A stretch of 64,000 nt of DNA from Moniliella sp. 'wahieum' (GCA_003971905.1 RSEE01000072.1:62001-126000); one strand, 5' to 3'. Counted from the first letter of the stretch, positions 37,798-54,200 are shown. Translations and numbers: made by a program. Notes: generated by a model from the letters alone, not told the origin.

Positions 37798-40700
37798 CAC
37801 TATAGCGGCCCCTGCAGCAGTGTTCGAGGGTCTAATCATCAGAGCGCCATTTTGACTTTGCCTATTTGCGACTTGCTGTAGTAGTTGTCTGTTGCGACGG
37901 TGACTGGCTTCACCGAACGCGGCGCACTTGCGGCCTCTCTAGCCCCGAGACTCCAAGGGCTCCCCGAAGATTGCCGATGCGCGCGTAAGTCAACGACTAG
38001 TAGCCTTGTCCAGTAGCCCTCGTCCAGCTTCCTACCACCAACGCTTATCTCTCGCCCGCAATCGATCGCCTACGCTACTGTTCCAAACGCTTCAGCATCC
38101 ATTGCGGTCTCCATAGCCGGGGTGAATCGCTATACAGGTCACGTTTATCCTCACTTGAGCTATACTAATAGTGATTAGTGACTAGTGTGACCTATACGGT
38201 GTTACATCTTACATCAAAGTCAAGGCGATAGCCCCTGGTCGAGGTCAAGGAGCTCCGATGTTGTAACCATTCCATTTAGCTTTTGTGTTGGCTTTGTCCA
38301 TGATCCGCAGCCCTAAGATAATAGCCTCTGTTGCTCTTTCATGCACCCTTGTATTAGGCGTGTCGTTGGCTGGCGTATTCGACCACCACACTCCCAACAC
38401 TATATAGTGCTACCGCATCACCCATCAGGGTGGCCATCTGGACTGCGCCACTCTTATCTTCAGATAGGGATCATCGATCACGAATGTAATACGCCTTGGA
38501 AGAGCATCAAATAAGCGGGAGAGCGTGCGTCTCTGGGAGAGGGGGCAAGTTTTAAGGTTAGAGGGGGGCGCGATCGTCTGCCGGACCTGGGACAAAAAAA
38601 GCACCCACCAATGCATATCATGTGTACAACCCATCTCGCCCGTCCTTTTACCAAGTCGCCACCGCCATGTTTCGACGTCGCGGCTCACCAAAATGCCGAC
38701 CGATGGAACGAGCCGCACACGTGCACAATAGGACAGACACATCTGCTGTACCTTTTCCCGCGGCCTGGTCCACGGTGAAGCAGGACGAGAGGTTGCTGTA
38801 CCAGTTCCTGCTTGCCCGGTTCGACCGATGTCCGGTTTCATGCACTCAAGCACACGAAGGTGCGCAGGTACAGCCACAACGTGGTACTGGGTGCGAGGAT
38901 GGGGGCCAGTCATGCCATTGACGAGGTGGCCGAAGATGCGAGCATGCCCCAGCCACCTGACGCATGCTCGCCTCTTCTCCTGCTTCCGTGCCTCCTCACC
39001 TGTAGACAGTACACCATGGCCGAGGACGAGTTACGCCAGACGCAGACCAGTGTTTCCTGCGGGCCGAATCTCCATCTCCTCCTGGCGCATACGTCTGATA
39101 CGCTCTAATTGTTCGGCCCTCTCCAGAACACGGACGCTGCCAGATTCAAGGGACGCGTGAAGCACATCTGTGTGCGTCCGTTGCCCATTGCAACTTCCAG
39201 AACCTCCCACGTGATACCTTGTACAACGTCATGGTCGCTGTAACAGTCGGGGCTAACGAGGGAGACCAAAGTCCTGTCAGAGGGGGGGAAAGGCAAGATC
39301 GTTCGTGGGAGGAAACAGAAGGCATCAGGCAGAGAACAGAAGCAAAAGGGAAGGGAAGAGCGAGAGACACAGGATGCGGAATTGGAAATTGGAGCGAGCT
39401 TAGTCATTCGGTGACAGTCGCCGAGAAGATTCTACACCACTCTTCACCGGGGTACGATGTGTCTAGTGACGGCTCGTATATGGCTCGGCTGCGGCTCCTC
39501 CTGGGGTGCTGGAGCAAAAGGGGAGGATGAGCCCGACTACGACTCTGATGGCATGGCTATTCCACGAGTAGTGCTGGCCCCAGCCAATAACATGGTTGCA
39601 ACGAACGGTGCCATGCACCTGTGGGACAAGCGCGCCAAGAAGAGACACCTTCTGCCGTAGTCGCTGTGGGGGGGGGGCAACAATGACGACTCTTCGGACA
39701 GTGATATTAGTGATTGATGCGAGCATCAAATGGACATATGCGTTGCGCGATGAGGATGAGTATAGGTTTGGTGTCAGTAGTCAGTCGTCAGTAGCCAGGC
39801 CATAGGGTGGTGCGCATCCCGGACCCATCAGCCGGAACCTCTCGAGACGTGAGATGGGGCGATGGGCTGCCCTTTGATATGATGCGCATGCGCACATAAA
39901 AGCTTCTTTGCCGGCAAACGTGCCAGGTGACGGATGACTGTCATGCGTCCCACGCGCAGGGGCATGGCCGAAGGGAAGGGGCGGTTATGGAGCAAGAGGC
40001 CAGACGGTGAGGCGTGGGTTGCAGCCCCAAATGGATATCGCCACAATGGTCGGATCTCTGCCAGGTACCTCCCCAGCCCCACTCCGCTTATCCAGCCCAT
40101 CTACCCATTTTCCAATCCCGCCATGACCCATGTTTCAATTTTTCACACCCGCCCGTGGCATTTTATACTACTACTCATTCTAGCACCATCGAATGCAGTG
40201 CAATCGTCTTCGAGGGTACTTTTTCGCATTGCGAGGGTCAATATGGAGTTGGGGCTTGCCATAGAGAGGTCTTCGGACGGTGTTTCTTTAATTTTTACCT
40301 CTGTCACTGAGTGTGGTGCTTTTTTTCGGCGGCGGGGTTGATCCCGATCTGGCTCCACGAGTCGCTGTCAGCGTCATGTTGCCCACGACGGAAAGATAGG
40401 CGTGGCAATGCCAGCAGGTGATCAGGTTCGCCGAGGTACATGTGGATTGGGGGATCGCACGACCGGTGCTTTATCATCGGCTGGGGTCACTTATGTCGTC
40501 AGCTCGTGAATTCGATCAGATCCCATCTCGTCCCGTGTGGTTTTTCAATGAAATCGTCCATGAAGTCATAAACCATTGCCTTGGGGGACCGGGACTGGGG
40601 ATATTAGTGGCATATTGGAGCGGATGGACGGGTTCGAGAACATGAGCTGAACAATGCGGTCGGCCGAAGTGCAATGCACGTCGGATCCTGAAAAAAACTG

Positions 40701-42680
40701 CCCGATGCATGAGGCTGGTGCACCATCTCGATTGCCTTGTTGAGCGAGCAGAGAGACAGTTCTGCTGGCACGAATGTGGTCTTCTTACTCACATGTGCAC
40801 AACACAAGAAGAACGATAACATATGTATAAATGTAACACGAGGAAGTGCTATCGGATGATATTCTTAGTCCCTTCGCAGCCTCATCCGCTTGCATCTGTT
40901 GGGGTGGTAGTGTTAGGCCTCCTGCACCCCTCAGTGAATCGGTGACGCTCTCGCTTAGCAGGTCGAAAGAGTTCTGCTGGCAGGGGGCGCGCGCCCTGCG
41001 CGCTTCATCTCCTTCTCTCTCTTGTCTCGTCCCTTCAATTCAGATGTTGTTGAACTTTGCCTTCACGCCTTGTCTGACGGTTGCTTTGCAGCTGATCCAT
41101 CTAGGATCGTGAGCGCTCCCAAATCGCACTCAGTAACAGCGTCGTCTGTCGCTCTGTCAAACATCTACCCAGTGCGATGGGGCTTAGACAGAAGGGGGTT
41201 AACAGGAGATGGAGATGGCGGAAAGGATAGGCATCATATTCATCGAGTGGGATGGGAGCGAGGTATATATACCTCGGAGAGAGGAGGACGAGGGAGCTGA
41301 GTCACACGGAGAAAAACAAAGGGAGCATAGAACCAAAAGGGGAACAGGGTTAGAACAAAACAGGGTCAGCAAAACTGGTGAGCATCGGTGAAAGGTGAAT
41401 TGGTCCCGACAGGGGTACCAAAAAGGGGCCAACCAACAGCCAGCATCCTTGATTGGTGGGAATCCTTTATCCCACCTTCCGTTCTCGTCTCTTCCGCCTT
41501 TCCTGTTCAACTCCTGAACGTTTCCAGCCAATTGATTCCGTAATACAGGCAATCTCTCGTCTCCACTTAGCTGCATCATCTTCATCATCCAACCTCGTCC
41601 CCCGCTTTCCATCTGCCCAGTCGCGCGAGCCTTCCATCAGCCGCGTCGGCCGCCCTCTGGTCCATCGATCATCCTTGCTCCATCCTTCCACCAATTCCCT
41701 TTGCCCCCCCCTCTCTTATTTCCTCCCCCCCTCTTCTTGTCCTTCCCCCCACACCTTATTTTTGTCGCAAAGACCCCAGTTGCTTTCCACATCTCTCCTC
41801 CTTGCTCCACCGCTCCGCGGCGGCCTTGTGGCCAGACCGACGGAAGTGGGGGCACAACCGTGGGCGTGGATTGAGGGGGCACCTTGAAGCAGTGTGGTCG
41901 ATGGTGCCGCAAGGGGGACACCGGCGGTGAGTACGGGTAGGGGGCATTTTAAGTGGGTGGAGGGACGCGTCGACGCGACTCTGTCATATGCCCGATTATT
42001 GGCGAGCCAGCCCCACCCAGCCAGCAGTAGGGTTGGAATCGGGGAGCAGTAGGGTTGTTGGCAGATTTTGATGCCTACTCCGATATGGAACTAAAGGAAA
42101 TAAATGGTCGGGCAGCACGGGGTCGCAGTGAGCTGGCAGTGGCTTGGGCACACTAGCGCCGTGCGGGTGCACCACCGCTGGCTGCGCCGATCCCCTCGCC
42201 TCTCGGCTACCCACCGCCGCAATCGCCTCTCTCTCGCTGTGGCCACACTGCTACCTGAGATAAAGCCATGTGCGAGGCTCGTGCCAACAACTGCGCACGA
42301 GCACTTCCATGCCCCACGCTAATGTGCCTCTAACCTCTTGGCATATATCCGCACCTCTCAGTGCGGTGATCCCTGTCGTACTGACACTGGCATGGGCGCA
42401 GCAACCGGAACCGAGTCAGCCACGTCTGGCAGTGGCATGGTCTTGCCTGGTACCCGTCGCATCAAGATGTCCATCATGCCTCCCAACAGGAACGAGTTGA
42501 AGGTCAACGACGGGGGCGCTTCGAGCGGACGGTCGACGATGACTGTTGCCCCTGCCGGGGCTCGACGACGGGTACCTGTGCTTTGTCCTTGTCCACCGCA
42601 AGATTATGGAAATTCTGTTGTGATATAGTCCAGCGGTATTCAACAGATAATCTTGCCGGGGGGTCCGCGATGCTATAGTG
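37798..42680 (-). mobile_element. Possible decayed CACTA/En-Spm-like element
   Basis: Termini CACTATAGC (37798) and GCTATAGTG (42672-42680), with further GG-CCCC similarity; flanks CAA/CGA. Internal minus-strand remnants IVQLMFSNPSIR...EKPHGTRW...PMI...HMYLGEP (~40400-40670) resemble basidiomycete CMC-type transposases, from recall. Confidence 0.35.
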
Positions 42681-43163
42681 CGACTTGGGGAGAACTCAGC
42701 GATCTATGGATCAGCTGCCAAGCAGCCTTCAGACAAAGGCGTGAGGGCAAAGCCGTGAGCCACAAGGATGGATGCGAGCGGAAGAGATGGAGGTGCGCGG
42801 AGTTATTTTGATCGGACTGATGTAGAGGAATGCTTCTCGTATAGATCTTAGATCTTAGCGGCGCACCAATTCGCTGCGCCACAACGGCGACTGCTAACCG
42901 AATGGGAACGCACCAGAGTTGCGGCAACGGCACGCCTTCATCAGGGGTGTTCGCCACAACAAATAAGGCCTAAGGGGCCACTATGATAATGATGAAGCGC
43001 ACGCACGGTTGGTATGTATAGGCCACGTGGCCACTTTTACCTCTTTCCGCTTCACCGCCCCACCACCTCTATCCCACGGGGGGCGTTTCTGTCACCAGCT
43101 GCGGAAACACACCGCTACTTCTTCCCGTTGGTTGCCTCCAGAGTACAACCACTCCTCCTGCCC

Positions 43164-45905
43164 ATGTGGACGCCACGCCCGCTGCCAATGCTGCGCCGCG
43201 GCGTCGCACCTCTCGAACGACGACTTGATCGAGAGCCGCTGACAGAAAACGGAGATGGCATTATTCACGTTGAAACGGCGTCAATTGGCGACACCCCTCC
43301 TCCCATCCGCCCTACTTCCGTCAACCCAAGCGACTTTCATGGGTATAGGCTTGCAGACTGGAACGAACAAGATATCATGGACCTTGACTGTGGATCATCC
43401 TTCGAGATCCCTTGGCGTTCTGCATCCGATGCGAAAACGGGCCAGAGCAGTTGCTCGAGCAAACACACCACCCACGATGGAACCACCCCCATCCCTGTGG
43501 TCGACGAAGAAAATGGATATGATACCGACGGTGATCTTAACCAAGCCATTTCCTCTCTGCCCGAAGTTCGCTCTACAGTGCCCAACCAGGATGACCCGTC
43601 ACTGCCCATCAACACGGTACGTGTTTGGCTGATTGGATCCACGCTTACTGTCGGGCTATCGGTATTGTACTTTGAGCTGGACATTGTCTTTACCCGTGGC
43701 GATGCTTCGACGCTGCTGGGGTCCGTCTTTATACAGCCTTTCGCATATGGGGTGGGCCTGCTCATGTCCAAGATTCCCTATCCCGACCACTGGCCATACA
43801 AACACTTCTTCAATCCGGTCCCTTCAATTGCAAGGACATGCGTAAGCTCGATCCTCTCCTATTCTGCATCTCAAGCTTCTCTGCTCTATATTAGTGACTC
43901 TAACCCCCTTGTCATTGAAGGCTCCTTACCACCATTGCTGGAATCACAACGGGCCCTAACCAGACCCTTCTGATGCTTGCCGCCTTGTCGAACGCGCATT
44001 GCCAAGCCTCCGTGCATTGCCACAGCTATCAACCAGTACCATGGCAACATGGATTTATCGTTCTTCTCTCCATTGCCGCTCCTCTCATCGGCTTCCCTCT
44101 TGCCAACCTGGCCCACAAGGTGCTTGTCTGGCCCGAGGAGCTCGTCTGGCCCGTGCAGCTTGAGACGTCTGCTGCTGTGCTGACTGCGTTGCACGGGATT
44201 CGGGTTGCCTATTGGCCTATGCGAACAGTATTTGGGGCGCACTAGTGCTTACCTCCGCATGGGAGTGGGTGCCACGGTTCTTTTTCACACCATTGCAAAC
44301 ATTCAGCTTCTACCTTGGATGGTTCCCGATTCGTTCACCGTCAACCTCATATTTGGCGGCGATGGTGGTCTGGGCCTGCACATGCTCTCCCTCGACTGGT
44401 ACGAGGTTGTGACGGGCATGGGACTGTCTCCCTTCATTGTCCCTTCGCATGTTCTTGTATGCGTATTATAGGGGTCATTTTGGCTGGATTGTGGTCGGGG
44501 TGGCGCTCATGTGTACCAATACTCAGCACATGGCCAATATCCCCTTCACTTCTAGGGATCCTTTTGATTACGTTGCAGGGACGTACCAGTACCTCAGCCT
44601 CCACGCAGAGAACCATTCCCTAGAAAGCCAATTGGGTTTCATCATTAATGACTATAACGATTATTCGTTTCCGTACTTGACCGCCATGGGTGTTACGGCC
44701 ATTTTCTTCTCCTTTATTGCGGTTTCATCTGTGCTGGTTTATGTCGGACTTTTCTATGGGGCTGATATCTCTACTGGCTACGACGCAAGCCACCTAGCGC
44801 GTACGATCCTCACACTCGTGCTATCCTGACCAACTACAAGCGTGTACCTGCATGGTGGAATCTTGTGCTCTTAGGTCTGTGCCTCGCCTTTTCCATTCCA
44901 GTAATGCACACGTACCATACAGGTTCCCCGTCTGGGGCTTGATCGTCGCTCTTCTTCTGGCCTCCGTGTTTCTCGTTCCGATCTGCCTAGTTCAGGGTAT
45001 CACAGGGGTCCAAATCTCTCTTCGTCCTTTCATGTCTCCTTGCAGGCCTGATATTCGAGCACAACACTTCTGCTCTCGTTCTGTTTCAGCCTATTCAGCA
45101 GCAATGTGGTCCAGCAGGCGGCGCTCTTTGCTGGCGGCTCCAAACTGTGCCATTACTTTAAGATCCTCCCCGTACCAACTTTCTTGTCCAAGTGGGTGTG
45201 CAGTTTGTCTGTGGCGTGGTCCATGCTGGGTTCTGGATTCAGCGAGAGAAACGACAAGGCATGATAAATCGGGGTATTTGGCACCCAACAGTGCTGCATC
45301 CAATCTGTTTCCGTACGAGGCCGATGTGGATACTGGGGCGGTGTGGGCCATACGATGGATTTCTACGTCTCTACTCTTGGACTTTGTATGGTTTCTTGAT
45401 GGGGCCTTGCTACCCCTCTCAGTCTATGCTTTGTCGCTATGGCGGCCGATGATTTACCGCATCAGACTAGCCTGGATCGTTGTGCCATGATATTGGGTGC
45501 GTCTCCAACTGGACGTCCACAATGCGATTAGCTACACTTCTTGGTCTTCTTTGGCCTACTGTTTTCCTACTGTTTCAACCGTGCGCAGCAAGGCAACTAC
45601 TGGCTCTCGTCGTCCTCCCTCCCCTCCCTCAACGAAAATTGGCTATCGTCTTTTCTCTTACTGATAATTCCCTCCGCCGCCGAGGTATGTGACAGGATGA
45701 AATATACTCTCTCTGGTGCCCTCTCCATCGGCTCGTCGCTCACTTCCGTGCTCGCGATGGGCATCTTGCAGAATACTCGCACAACCGAGACACGGATTCC
45801 CGATTTGGTGCATCAGCAGTGAACGACAAGACGCTGCAATTCATGGGTTGGTATATGAAAAAGATTGGACAGGAGCCGTATTTGCGCCCACACCTAATGG
45901 GACGG
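43164..45905 (+). CDS. OPT family oligopeptide transporter, paralog 4 (close to paralogs 1 and 2); heavily frameshifted
   Basis: SSLPEVRSTVPNQDDPSLPINTVRVW, VWPEELVWPVQLETS, FAPTPNGT; first intron at the same position as in paralog 2 (~43842-43920). Confidence 0.85.
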
Positions 45906-46700
45906 TGTGTGCAAAAACGACACACCTTATGGTGGTGGTGTGTACCGCTGATCACCAACGGCAGCATTGCCCACGCGTGATTGTAAGGGATACTAGAGGA
46001 GGAGAAGGTGAAGTCGCACTTTCCCTCTCTATGCCACACGAGTATACGTTTTTTGTGTAGGCTTTTTGGGCCCGCGTATTACCTTCCATTCTATGGTGTT
46101 CGACCACTGGAATTCCCTTCCGGAGATTTTGACAATCGCCGTTTCGCTTTCCTACACCCCTACTCTGCCAGGGGAGGTTCATTGTGAAGAGTCAAATGGG
46201 CGTGGTTTTTGTGTTCCGGCTTTTTTCCCTTATCCTGTGGATTATACCACACTACGGTTGGGTAGAAATGGGGTATACAACCAGTTTTATTACGGGTGTC
46301 ATCGTTTGACTGAAGTAGAAAAGGCCCCTGTCAATGAGGCTTTGTTTGGAATGTGATCGATTTGTATGCCGGACGAAGAGATGGAGGGGCAGTCAAAGTT
46401 GTCATGAGGGAAGATAGGCCGGCGATCCTAATAGAGAACTAGTAGTCCATCTATTTTTTCCCTTTTCCTCCTTTTACAAACACTTGAAGTGGTATTCCTT
46501 TTGCCCCATTAATACCCTTCTGCAACGAAATGCCTCTCATATGCGAGCTATCTTTGTACAACGAAACAATTCAAGGATATGAGCTGGGGAGAGAGAAGAG
46601 AATGGATATAGAGATCACAAAAGCAGTGTGTGAAGCAGGCCGGGCATGATAGTTTTTTCGTGTTGGTCTGGAGTTCGTTGGATGCGTCAAAGGGGGGGGT

Positions 46701-48734
<2,034 letters not shown>

Positions 48735-50654
48735 GGCGAATTGGGGGGGTGCTGTTGGTAACACGCGAGTGGTGCTGGTGGGGTGGGGATGGAGGGAACG
48801 GGGGACGAGGCAGATCAGTGGGTCTCTTATACGCGGACGGCGTAGTGGATGCGATCGCCGCTGGTGTAGATGTGAAGGCTGCTTAGTGCGTATTGCTTGC
48901 TCCTGCTGGCCATGAAGCCCATGAAGCCCACAGGGCCCTGAGGTGCCCAAAAGTAACTGATGGGGGTGGGTCGACCTGCACTGAGACTGGCGCCGTGCCC
49001 CACCCGAGGTGTAGTTTAATTTTGGTTTGAGATGGGCGGTGCAGCACAGGGCCAGTGTGTAGCATCGAGGGCTTGTCCAGCGCTGGCGCCATGCGGGCGC
49101 AAGTTGTGAGCGCATCGGCATCGACCTTGCGAATTCATGTACTCGCCGCCGTCCCCCTCAAACTGACTTCCGCCGCTGTTCTTGCGGCCCAATGCCTGCA
49201 GGGGCTGGACGGTTGCAAACGCCCAGCTGGGCTGAGGATGTGACGTTCAGGTGCTCAGCCTCGGGCCTCAGTCCAGCGCCACTCCTAGACGCTCAGGCAC
49301 TCCTGCCACATCATGTGGACGGTGTAGAGAGGACCACGGCGCGCATATTTGGGTCCCAGCACAGTCCTCAACGGCCTCAACAGCGCCACTATCGGTCATT
49401 CTCAGGAGGTCCGAAACGCCAATCCAAATCCAGTAGCCCCTAGCCTCACAAGTTCTTAGGTTCTTAGGTCTTAGGCCCTTAGCCTTGGCGCATTGGTCCT
49501 CGGCCACAACGTCGCAACGTTCAAGTTGAACGTTGAACGTTGAGTTCAACGTTATTCAACGTTAAAGCTGTAACATCCGGGACTCAGAGATTCGTCACCG
49601 GTCACCAAGGATGGTGTCCTGAGGCCTGACGCCACTCAATATTCAATGCATCCCCTGTGCGTCGTTGAGTTTGTTGACGCGCGGGCTGATGATATTGATC
49701 ATCGATGGCGCGTTACGCGTCACATGTCGCAAGGAGATCAAAATAATCAAACTTGGAATCTGTAGCAATGCGTGACACGTGACGAGGGGGTACTCAGTAC
49801 TCAGATCGAATGGAGAGGCCTTGGCCGCAGGGATCAATCTAGTGGTGCATGATGCATGATGCATGATGCATGATGCATGATGCATGATGTATCAAACTCG
49901 GCAAACCACCCAGTCTCGAAGGCGTGTCTCTGGGCACCAGCGAGTCGGCCGAGCCCAGCTTATCCATGGCTTCGATGGCCGATGGTCGATGGTCGATGGA
50001 CGATGGCGGCGCTCTTGGGCCATGCCTGGTTCCGGCTTCTTCCGCAAACTCGGACGAATCCGGCACACGAGTTTGGAGTGTTCAACTTGAACGTTCAAGC
50101 TTCAAGCTTCAAGCTTTGCGTTGAAGCTCCCAAGTAATACGAGACCTGCAGCGCCTATAGTACAGGCTGTCGATAGCGCCCCATGATGGTGTCCAGCACA
50201 TGCGGTGCTGAGCCACTGAGCTCACTTGGTGCCCAGCAACAGATCCATGAAGCTTGTGAGGCATGCACCACCCTGGTCGAAATCCAGGCTGCCGCCTTCC
50301 TCATGCACATGCCGTGCCGTGAGATGATAGATCGATGAACATCATGTAGTTGTCACCATCACCAAAGCCACGCCGCCCACAGCGCTTGCACCAATGGCAA
50401 TAATCAGCTCAATCAAACAATCAATTGAATCAATGCACTCAAAGCTCAATATTCAATTCCCTCAGGCTCACCGTCCTCAACGTTCAAAAGCTCAAGAGCT
50501 CAATCCGCACCCGTTCTCTCTCCTAGACCGCTTTCCCCAGCGCCATCTGCGTCAGCTCTGCGTCACGCGGGCTTAGCGCTAAGCTGGCAAAACAAACAAA
50601 AGGCAGAGAGAAAGAGGTCAGTAGGATTGTAGGAGCAGAAGTTCAGTACAACAA

Positions 50655-50737
50655 GCCTCTTTGGCTCAGTGGTAAAGCATCTCACTAGTAGAAAATCTGG
50701 TATGAGAAGATCGGTCGTTCGATTCGGCCAAGAGGCA
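50655..50737 (+). tRNA. tRNA-Thr (anticodon AGT) with 11-nt intron (50691-50701)
   Basis: Acceptor GCCTCTT/AAGAGGC+A, D-arm GCTCAGTGGTAAAGC, anticodon stem TCTCA/TGAGA, T-loop GTTCGATTC, T-run terminator. Confidence 0.95.
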
Positions 50738-51204
50738 ATTTTTTTCTCCAATGCTGGACCTGGAATGGTTGTGCCCGTTGGCCAAGGTTTAACGTTTACC
50801 TGTTACCCACAGTCCACTGCATTGTGTCCTGTCCAGCCTATGGATATGGGCTACGAAATCCGCGCAATATCAACATTCAACGTTCCACGTTCTACGCCAG
50901 CCACGCTCGCCATCCTCCGGCCTTGCCTGGTGCCCACCCCGTAGAGTCCCATGCAGAGTCCAATGCAATCCAATTTCGAGGCAGCACACGCACGGGAGAT
51001 GGGAAGGGAGGGGGGACAGAAGAGAAGCGAGAACGAGAACAGAACAGAAGAGACCAGAAGGGCCGAGAAGAGAGAGGAGCAAGAGCAGGCACCGACGCAC
51101 CCTAACCGCCCCACCCCGAGCCCACTCTCATCGCATCCAATTGTCTCGTCTCCAAACTGGGCCCAAGTGCAGTGCAGCACGTAGTCCTAGTCCTAGTCCT
51201 AGTC

Positions 51205-54200
51205 CTAGTCCTCCTCCTCTTCGGCGTGGTAGCCAGCGCGACGCATGGCACCCAACTTGCGCCGAGCCTGGGTCAACTCTTTCTCCAACTTGAGTACTTC
51301 GACTTGCTGTTCCATCTCCATCACCTTAAACTCGTGCGTGGCCATGGTAGAGTAATCCGACTCGCCTTCCAAAGCCGACTGTTTCTCGGTGATGGTCTTG
51401 ACCTGGCGCACCAACGCCTTGCACGCCTCCGTCACGGCCTTAGCCGCGCGTTCGAGACGATCTTGGGTCTTACTCATCAACTCGGCCTTGACGCGGGACG
51501 CAGCGACCAACTGGGCCGTGGCGGCTGACACCTCGTTGGATGCGACAATCAGTTGCTCGAGCGAATGTGTGCCGGAGATCACTCCGTCCGCCGCTTCGAT
51601 CAGCATGGTAGTGGCAAATGCGACAGCGCGGGCGGCCGAGATGAGTCCCTCGGTCCAACGGTTGTTCTTCTTGTAAAACTGTTGGTTCGTCGACGATCCG
51701 CGGCCCATGGCGACAATCTCATGCTGCGAGTCGGTCGCAGCCTGGATCAAACCAGCAATGGCACGGGTAATGGCCAGCGAGGCGGCCAAGATTGCATCGT
51801 GCACGGCCAAATCCGTAGGACTGTACTTATCTTTCGGCCGGCCAATGAGCATTTGCAATCGCTGGGTCGCGGCTTCGATCGCCTGAGCCGCATTCATCAT
51901 CTCGTTTTCCACCAGGTCCCAATGTCATTCGAGTTGAGCAGTTTCTTGTCTCCTGTGACTTGAGCATGCCCTCCACCAACGTGCTCAGATCGCCCAAGGC
52001 CGAACGGGTTTGCATCGTTTGGGTCGGCAAGCCAGCTTGTCTCTGGGCGGGGGGACGATAACTCTGCAGGTTCTCAAAGAACCGGATCACCGTCGTCCCG
52101 GCCGTGCGGCCCGTTGAGACAATCGTGTCTGCCACATCGTCGCTCTGTGCCAAGCGAGTGATGCCCTTTGTACTCAGCAGCACGTCCGCCGCCGTTTGAG
52201 CAAACTGGTTGGCCTTCTTGATCACCTCGACGTGCTCCCCACCCCTTTGCCATCCAGGAACAGACTAAAGGTCGACGAGAAGTCCATCACGCTCTCCACC
52301 CCCTTTTCAATCATCGACAGCACATACTCGGGCGTGGCCGTATTGTTACCATGTGCCGCAGGCGATTCTAGCTCGTACAGTGCATCGTCCACCTTGTCCG
52401 CCATGCACGCAAAATAGAGTCGATGATGGAGTTGAGTTTCTTGGTGTTGTCCAAAATGATCGTATCAATCTGGGCGTTGACCGCGTCGTCGTTGTTGCCC
52501 TGGTTGACCGACAGCGCATTCATCTGCTGAATCGTCTCGTCCATGCCCTCCTGCAGAATGGCAATCTCGGCATCCTTTTCATCGCGCAACCGCGCCATCG
52601 CATCCTCCCACTCGCGCAGCTGCATCGCATTTCCCTCGGTTTCCCTCTGCTTTTGGCGTAGGGATTCTTCCAGCTCGGTAATCTGGCGATTGAGCGTATC
52701 CATCACGTTGCCCATCTCGGACGATCGAGCGCGCGACGCATCTTCCGCCCGCTCATTGGCAAACATCAAGTCGCGTTTCAGACGGTCAAACTCTTCCTTT
52801 TGCGAATTGCGAATCTTGTCCAGCTCAAAGCGGGCACGGTCGCGTTCCCGAATCATATCTGCCAATTCGAGGTTCTTTGCCCGTACATCTTTTTCCATTC
52901 GCTCCATCTTATCGATCGATTCCTGGGCACTGCCGGCCTTGAGCTGGAACTGCTTGTACTTGCCCAGCATGTCCAGGTGCTCGGTACGCAGTTGACTGTA
53001 AAGCTTGGCCAACGCCTCGTACTTGGACCGCCATAGCTGGACCTGCTCCTGCAGCTGACGGATCAAATCATCCTTGGCGCCCAGCTGGGCTTGCACATTC
53101 GCCCCCACCGACGCCATCTCCATCTCCAGCGCCTTGACACGGCGATCGTACTGTTCCAGCATGAGCTGGTCGCGCTCCCACTGTCCACGCATGGCCAGCA
53201 ACTCGCGCTCCAATTCAGCCTGGCGACCGCCAGCGGCGGCGGCCAACTGTTGCTGCAGCAGCTGCTCTTGGGCCAGTCGTTGTTGCTCTGCCTGCTTGCG
53301 CTGTTCTTCCTCGAACTCGCGCTGCTGTTGCGCTTGCAACTCGGCTTGACGCTTACGTTCAGCTTCCTCTTGTGCCTTGAGGGCCTTTTGCTTGTCCTCG
53401 TAATGCTTCAAGAGGCGCGCCTGCTCATCAATTTCCGCCTGCGTGGGTCCCGCTGGGGTGGTGTCGCGCGGCGGGGTGGGCGGCGGCGGGGTGGCGGGCT
53501 TACGCATGGGCAAGTCCGGTGCATCGGGCGATTCGAGCAAGTTGGGTGGGTCGCGGTTCAACTTGGGCACCTGGATCAACGAGGTCAAGTACTTGAGGTT
53601 GACACACTCGTTGTAAAACCGTCGGAGGTTGTGGTGCTGGTGGTTGTAGCGTTGGCGTAATGGCTCAATCGCCTCCTCGGCGCCCGTGCGACGGTACATG
53701 GCACGCAACATGGATGTCAGGAACTTGTAGATGCCATACGACTCTTTCACTTGCGGCACCAAGGCCGCGATCCGCGCCTCGTTGTTCGTCCCGCCGCGGA
53801 AATGGGCAAAGACCATCTTTGCGAACGAGTCAATGTTGTCCTGTAGGTTCATCAGGTCGGAAATCGTTTCGTATCTGTAGGGTGGACAGCGTCAGTACAC
53901 ACATGCACACACACATTTATACACACACACTGTGCGAGGGGGAAAGCAAAGGTAGTACCACATACCCCTCATCGGGATTGTCAATGTTCTTGAGGGAAAT
54001 GTACTCCTCGTACTCAAACAGGCCATTGAATTCGCGGTGGGTGCGGTGGAAGCGGAGTTTGGCGAGGATGAGGCGGACATAGGCCTGGATGAGCGGGACA
54101 TAGTTGATGGACCCGGGCGAGGTGGACTCGGCCATGCGGGCGGCGGTCTCGAGCCAGACGGTGTGCTGCTGCGCTTCGCGGAGGACAATGGGGTGGCCCT

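Noticed and set aside
40480..40510. RADDI as a reverse transcriptase YADD motif
   Set aside because: No supporting upstream RT motifs; the neighbouring frame fits a DNA transposase remnant better.
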